From assembly GCF_009914755.1 (NCBI RefSeq), contig NC_060925.1: DNA of 64,000 nt. The stretch is one strand, 5' to 3'. Of this stretch, positions 58,401-64,000 are shown one piece after another. A model generated the notes under the pieces. That model saw only the letters and a list, made by a program, of their open reading frames with translations. It did no database searches and had not been told where the DNA came from. The DNA is from the human T2T-CHM13v2.0 reference genome, Homo sapiens. Every line of letters begins with the position of its first letter. Position 1 is the first letter of the stretch. The position numbers and the translations under genes were made by a program.

Positions 58401-60787
58401 CATCAAATGGAACCGAATGGAATCCTCATTGAATGGAAATGAAAGGGGTCATCATCTAATGGAATCGCATGGAATCATCATCAAATGGAATCGAATGGAA
58501 TCATCATCAAATGGAATCAAATGGAATTATTGAACAGAATTGAATGGAATCGTCATCGAATGAATTGAATGCAATCATCGAATGGTCTCGAATGGAATCA
58601 TCTTCTACTGGAAAGGAATGGAATCATCGCATAGAATCGAATGGAATTATCATCGAATGGAATCGAATGGTATCAACACCAAACGGAAAAAAACGGAATT
58701 ATCGAATGGAATCGAAGAGAATCTTCGAACGGACCCGAATGGAATCATCTAATGGAATGGAATGGAATAATCCATGGACTCGAATGCAATCATCATCGAA
58801 TGGAATGGAATGGAATCATCGAATGGACTCGAATGGAATAATCATTGAACGGAATCGAATGGAATCATCATCGGATGGAAACGAATGGAATCATCATCGA
58901 ATGGAAATGAAAGGAGTCATCATCTAATGGAATTGCATGGAATCATCATCAAATGGAATCGAATGGAATCAACATCAAATGGAATCAAATGGAATCATTG
59001 AACGGAATTGAATGGAATCGTCATCGAATGAATTGACTGCAATCATCGAATGGTCTCGAATGGAATCATCTTCAAATGGAATGGAATGGAATCATCGCAT
59101 AGAATCGAATGGAATTATCATCGAATGGAATCGAATGGAATCAACATCAAACGGAAAAAAACGGAATTATCGAATGGAATCGAAGAGAATCATCGAATGG
59201 ACCCGAATGGAATCATCTAATGGAATGGAATGGAATAATCCATGGACTCGAATGCAATCATCATCGAATGGAATCGAATGGAATCATCGAATGGACTCGA
59301 ATGGAATAATCATTGAACGGAATCGAATGGAATCATCATCGGATGGAAATGAATGGAATCATCATCGAATGGAATCGAATAGAATTATGGAATGAAATCC
59401 AGTGTGATCATCATCGAATGGACCCGAATGGAATCATCATCCAACGGAAGCTAATGGAATCAACATCGAATGAATCGAATGGAAACACCATCGAATTGAA
59501 ACGAATGGAATTATCATGAAATTAAAATGGATGGACTCATCATCGAATGGATTCGAATGGAATCATCGAATAAAATTGATTGAAATCATCATCGAATGGA
59601 ATCGAATGGTATCATTGAATGGAATCGAATGGAATCATCATCAGATGGAAATGAATGGAATCGTCATAGAATGGAATCGAATGGATTCATTGAATGGAAT
59701 CAGATGGAATCATCGAATGGACTGGAATGGAATCATTGAATGGACTCGAAAGGGATCATGATTGAATGGAATTGAATGGAATCATCGAATGGTCTCGATT
59801 GGAATCATTATCAAATGGAATCGAATGGAATCACCGAATAGAATCGAATGGAACAATCATCGAATGGACTCAAATGGAATTATCCTCCAATGGAATCGAA
59901 TGGAATTATCGAATGCAATCGAATGGAATTATCGAATGCAATCGAATAGAATCATCGAATGGACTCGAATGGAATCATCGAATGGAATGGAATGGAACAG
60001 TCAATGAACTCGAATGGAATCATCATTGAATGGAATCGAATGGAATCATCGAGTGGAATCGAATGGAATTATGATCAAATGGAATCGAATGTAATCCTCA
60101 TCAAATGGAATCAAAAATAACCATCATCAATTGGTATTGAATGGAATTGTCATCAAATGGAATTCAAAGGAATCATCATCAAATGGAACCGAATGGAATC
60201 CTCATTGAATGGAAATGAAAGGGGTCATCATCTAATGGAATCGCATGGAATCATCATCAAATGGAATCGAATGGAATCATCATCAAATGGAATCTAATGG
60301 AATCATTGAACAGAATTGAATGGAATCGTCATCGAATGAATTGAATGCAATCATCGAATGGTCTCGAATGGAATCATCTTCTAATGGAAAGGAATGGAAT
60401 CATCGCATAGAATCGAATGGAATTATCATCGAATGGAATCGAATGGTATCAACACCAAACGGAAAAAAACGGAATTATCGAATGGAATCGAAGAGAATCT
60501 TCGAACGGACCCGAATGGAATCATCTAATGGAATGGAATGGAATAATCCATGGACTCGAATGCAATCATCATCGAATGGAATGGAATGGAATCATCGAAT
60601 GGACTCGAATGGAATAATCATTGAACGGAATCGAATGGAATCATCATCGGATGGAAACGAATGGAATCATCATCGAATGGAAATGAAAGGAGTCATCATC
60701 TAATGGAATTGCATGGAATCATCATCAAATGGAATCGAATGGAATCAACATCAAATGGAATCAAATGGAATCATTGAACGGAATTGA

Positions 60788-62550
60788 ATGGAATCGTCAT
60801 CGAATGAATTGACTGCAATCATCGAATGGTCTCGAATGGAATCATCTTCAAATGGAAGGGAATGGAATCATCGCATAGAATCGAATGGAATTATCATCGA
60901 ATGGAATCGAATGGAATCAACATCAAACGGAAAAAAACAGAATTATCGTATGGAATCGAAGAGAATCATCGAATGGACCCGAATGGAATCATCTAATGGA
61001 ATGGAATGGAATAATCCATGGACTCGAATGCAATCATCATCGAATGGAATCGAATGGAATCATCGAATGGACTCGAATGGAATAATCATTGAACGGAATC
61101 GAATGGAATCATCATCGGATGGAAATGAATGGAATCATCATCGAATGGAATCGAATAGAATTATGGAATGAAATCCAGTGTGATCATCATCGAATGGACC
61201 CGAATGGAATCATCATCCAACGGAAGCTAATGGAATCAACATCGAATGAATCGAATGGAAACACCATCGAATTGAAACGAATGGAATTATCATGAAATTG
61301 AAATGGATGGACTCATCATCGAATGGATTCGAATGGAATCATCGAATAAAATTGATTGAAATCATCATCCAATGGAATCGAATGGTATCATTGAATGGAA
61401 TCGAATGGAATCATCATCAGATGGAAATGAATGGAATCGTCATAGAATGGAATCGAATGGATTCATTGAATGGAATCAGATGGAATCATCGAATGGACTG
61501 GAATGGAATCATGGAATGGACTCGAAAGGGATCATGATTGAATGGAATTGAATGGAATCATCGAATGGTCTCGATTGGAATCATTATCAAATGGAATCGA
61601 ATGGAATCACCGAATAGAATCGAATGGAACAATCATCGAATGGACTCAAATGGAATTATCCTCCAATGGAATCGAATGGAATTATCGAATGCAATCGAAT
61701 GGAATTATCGAATGCAATCGAATAGAATCATCGAATGGACTCGAATGGAATGCAATGGAACAGTCAATGAACTCGAATGGAATCATCATTGAATGGAATC
61801 GAATGGAATCATCGAGTGGAAACGAATGGAATTATGATCAAATGGAATCGAATGGAATCATCATCAAATGGAATCAAAAATAACCATCATCAATTGGTAT
61901 TGAATGGAATTGTCATCAAATGGAATTCAAAGGAATCATCATCAAATGGAACCGAATGGAATCCTCATTGAATGGAAATGAAAGGGGTCATCATCTAATG
62001 GAATCGCATGGAATCATCATCAAATGGAATCGAATGGAATCATCATCAAATGGAATCTAATGGAATCATTGAACAGAATTGAATGGAATCGTCATCGAAT
62101 GAATTGAATGCAATCATCGAATGGTCTCGAATGGAATCATCTTCTAATGGAAAGGAATGGAATCATCGCATAGAATCGAATGGAATTATCATCGAATGGA
62201 ATCGAATGGTATCAACACCAAACGGAAAAAAACGGAATTATCGAATGGAATCGAAGAGAATCTTCGAACGGACCCGAATGGAATCATCTAATGGAATGGA
62301 ATGGAATAATCCATGGACTCGAATGCAATCATCATCGAATGGAATCGAATGGAATCATCGAATGGACTCGAATGGAATAATCATTGAACGGAATCGAATG
62401 GAATCATCATCGGATGGAAACGAATGGAATCATCATCGAATGGAAATGAAAGGAGTCATCATCTAATGGAATTGCATGGAATCATCATAAAATGGAATCG
62501 AATGGAATCAACATCAAATGGAATCAAATGGAATCATTGAACGGAATTGA
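60788..62550 (+). repeat. Divergent 1,763-bp unit with a private 13-bp deletion
   Basis: ctcgaatggaatgcaatggaacagtc at ~61740-61765 versus the usual ctcgaatggaatcatcgaatggaatggaatggaacagtc. Further private changes at ~60858, ~61513, ~61822 and ~61855. Confidence 0.85.
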
Positions 62551-64000
62551 ATGGAATCGTCATCGAATGAATTGACTGCAATCATCGAATGGTCTCGAAT
62601 GGAATCATCTTCAAATGGAATGGAATGGAATCATCGCATAGAATCGAATGGAATTATCATCGAATGGAATCGAATGGAATCAACATCAAACGGAAAAAAA
62701 CGGAATTATCGAATGGAATCGAAGAGAATCATCGAATGGACCCGAATGGAATCATCTAATGGAATGGAATGGAATAATCCATGGACTCGAATGCAATCAT
62801 CATCGAATGGAATCGAATGGAATCATCGAATGGACTCGAATGGAATAATCATTGAACGGAATCGAATGGAATCATCATCGGATGGAAATGAATGGAATCA
62901 TCATCGAATGGAATCGAATAGAATTATGGAATGAAATCCAGTGTGATCATCATCGAATGGACCCGAATGGAATCATCATCCAACGGAAGCTAATGGAATC
63001 AACATCGAATGAATCGAATGGAAACACCATCGAATTGAAACGAATGGAATTATCATGAAATTGAAATGGATGGACTCATCATCGAATGGATTCGAATGGA
63101 ATCATCGAATAAAATTGATTGAAATCATCATCGAATGGAATCGAATGGTATCATTGAATGGAATCGAATGGAATCATCATCAGATGGAAATGAATGGAAT
63201 CGTCATAGAATGGAATCGAATGGATTCATTGAATGGAATCAGATGGAATCATCGAATGGACTGGAATGGAATCATTGAATGGACTCGAAAGGGATCATTA
63301 TTGAATGGAATTGAATGGAATCATCGAATGGTCTCGATTGGAATCATTATCAAATGGAATCGAATGGAATCACCGAATAGAATCGAATGGAACAATCATC
63401 GAATGGACTCAAATGGAATTATCCTCCAATGGAATCGAATGGAATTATCGAATGCAATCGAATGGAATTATCGAATGCAATCGAATAGAATCATCGAATG
63501 GACTCGAATGGAATCATCGAATGGAATGGAATGGAACAGTCAATGAACTCGAATGGAATCATCATTGAATGGAATCGAATGGAATCATCGAGTGGAATCG
63601 AATGGAATTATGATCAAATGGAATCGAATGTAATCATCATCAAATGGAATCAAAAATAACCATCATCAATTGGTATTGAATGGAATTGTCATCAAATGGA
63701 ATTCAAAGGAATCACCATCAAATGGAACCGAATGGAATCCTCATTGAATGGAAATGAAAGGGGTCATCATCTAATGGAATCGCATGGAATCATCATCAAA
63801 TGGAATCGAATGGAATCATCATCAAATGGAATCTAATGGAATCATTGAACAGAATTGAATGGAATCGTCATCGAATGAATTGAATGCAATCATCGAATGG
63901 TCTCGAATGGAATCATCTTCTAATGGAAAGGAATGGAATCATCGCATAGAATCGAATGGAATTATCATCGAATGGAATCGAATGGTATCAACACCAAACG

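Larger units (their letters stand above)
1..64000 (+). repeat. Human satellite II (HSat2/HSATII) tandem array, GAATG-rich strand on +, running off both window ends
   Basis: The entire sequence consists of GAATGGAATC / GAATGGAATCATC / GAATGGAATCATCATC variants (reverse complement CATTCGATTC..., with ATG/GAT triplet insertions) and dense TCGA. This is the HSat2 signature, unlike the purer (GGAAT)n of HSat3. No unique sequence or strand switch was seen. Confidence 0.98.

Noticed and set aside
242-63568. About 200 short + strand ORFs (MESSSNEL..., MKLKWMDS..., MNGIEWNH...)
   Set aside because: These are low-complexity translations of GAATG repeats. They overlap in all three frames, are freely broken by 23/26/13-bp frameshifts and stop codons among copies, and show no recognisable domain or coding constraint.
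1-64000. CRISPR-like repeat/spacer array or a novel prokaryotic system
   Set aside because: There are no unique spacers, no constant repeat with a leader and no cas or other genes. All sequence is pentamer-derived and repeats at 1.77 kb.
1-64000. HSat3 (e.g. DYZ1 3.6-kb or chr9 type) or alpha satellite
   Set aside because: Perfect GGAAT runs are only about three copies long, and CATCATCGAAT motifs dominate as in HSat2. There is no 171-bp monomer or CENP-B box. The 3.5-kb period is only a local dimer of the 1.77-kb unit.
1-64000. Embedded transposon, unique island or inversion breakpoint
   Set aside because: Every inter-unit distance is 1,777 bp or less and is fully accounted for by the listed indels, leaving no room for an insertion. 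No CATTC-strand segment was seen.
1-64000. Heat-shock elements (nGAAn arrays) or G-quadruplexes
   Set aside because: GAA units are direct repeats rather than alternating inverted nGAAn/nTTCn triplets, and G-runs are almost all GG, so canonical HSE or G4 patterns are not met.

Overview
The whole 64 kb window is one uninterrupted, single-orientation array of human satellite II (HSat2/HSATII). It is built from diverged GAATG/CATTC pentamers arranged as 10/13/16-bp sub-units and organised into a ~1,776-bp unit with one EcoRI site per unit. This matches the classical 1.77-kb chromosome 1q12 pericentromeric satellite (pUC1.77/D1Z1; HSat2A). There are 36 complete units plus partial ends. I see no genes, RNA genes, transposons, CRISPR arrays or inversions, and all listed ORFs are translation artefacts. 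I find no new biological system. What can be read is the array's evolutionary history: a 468-bp tandem duplication inside each unit; quantised unit lengths (1776, 1777, 1763, 1753, 1750, 1730, 1727, 1308 bp); a recent 10,535-bp tandem duplication whose out-of-register junction maps to ~36 bp and rebuilds a full-length unit from a deleted one; an overlapping 6,544-bp duplication with a ~20-bp junction window; older 3,529-bp and 5,213-bp periodicities; and apparent conversion between the two 468-bp blocks. All comparisons were made by eye from diagnostic variants and ORF-track offsets, not by computed alignment.
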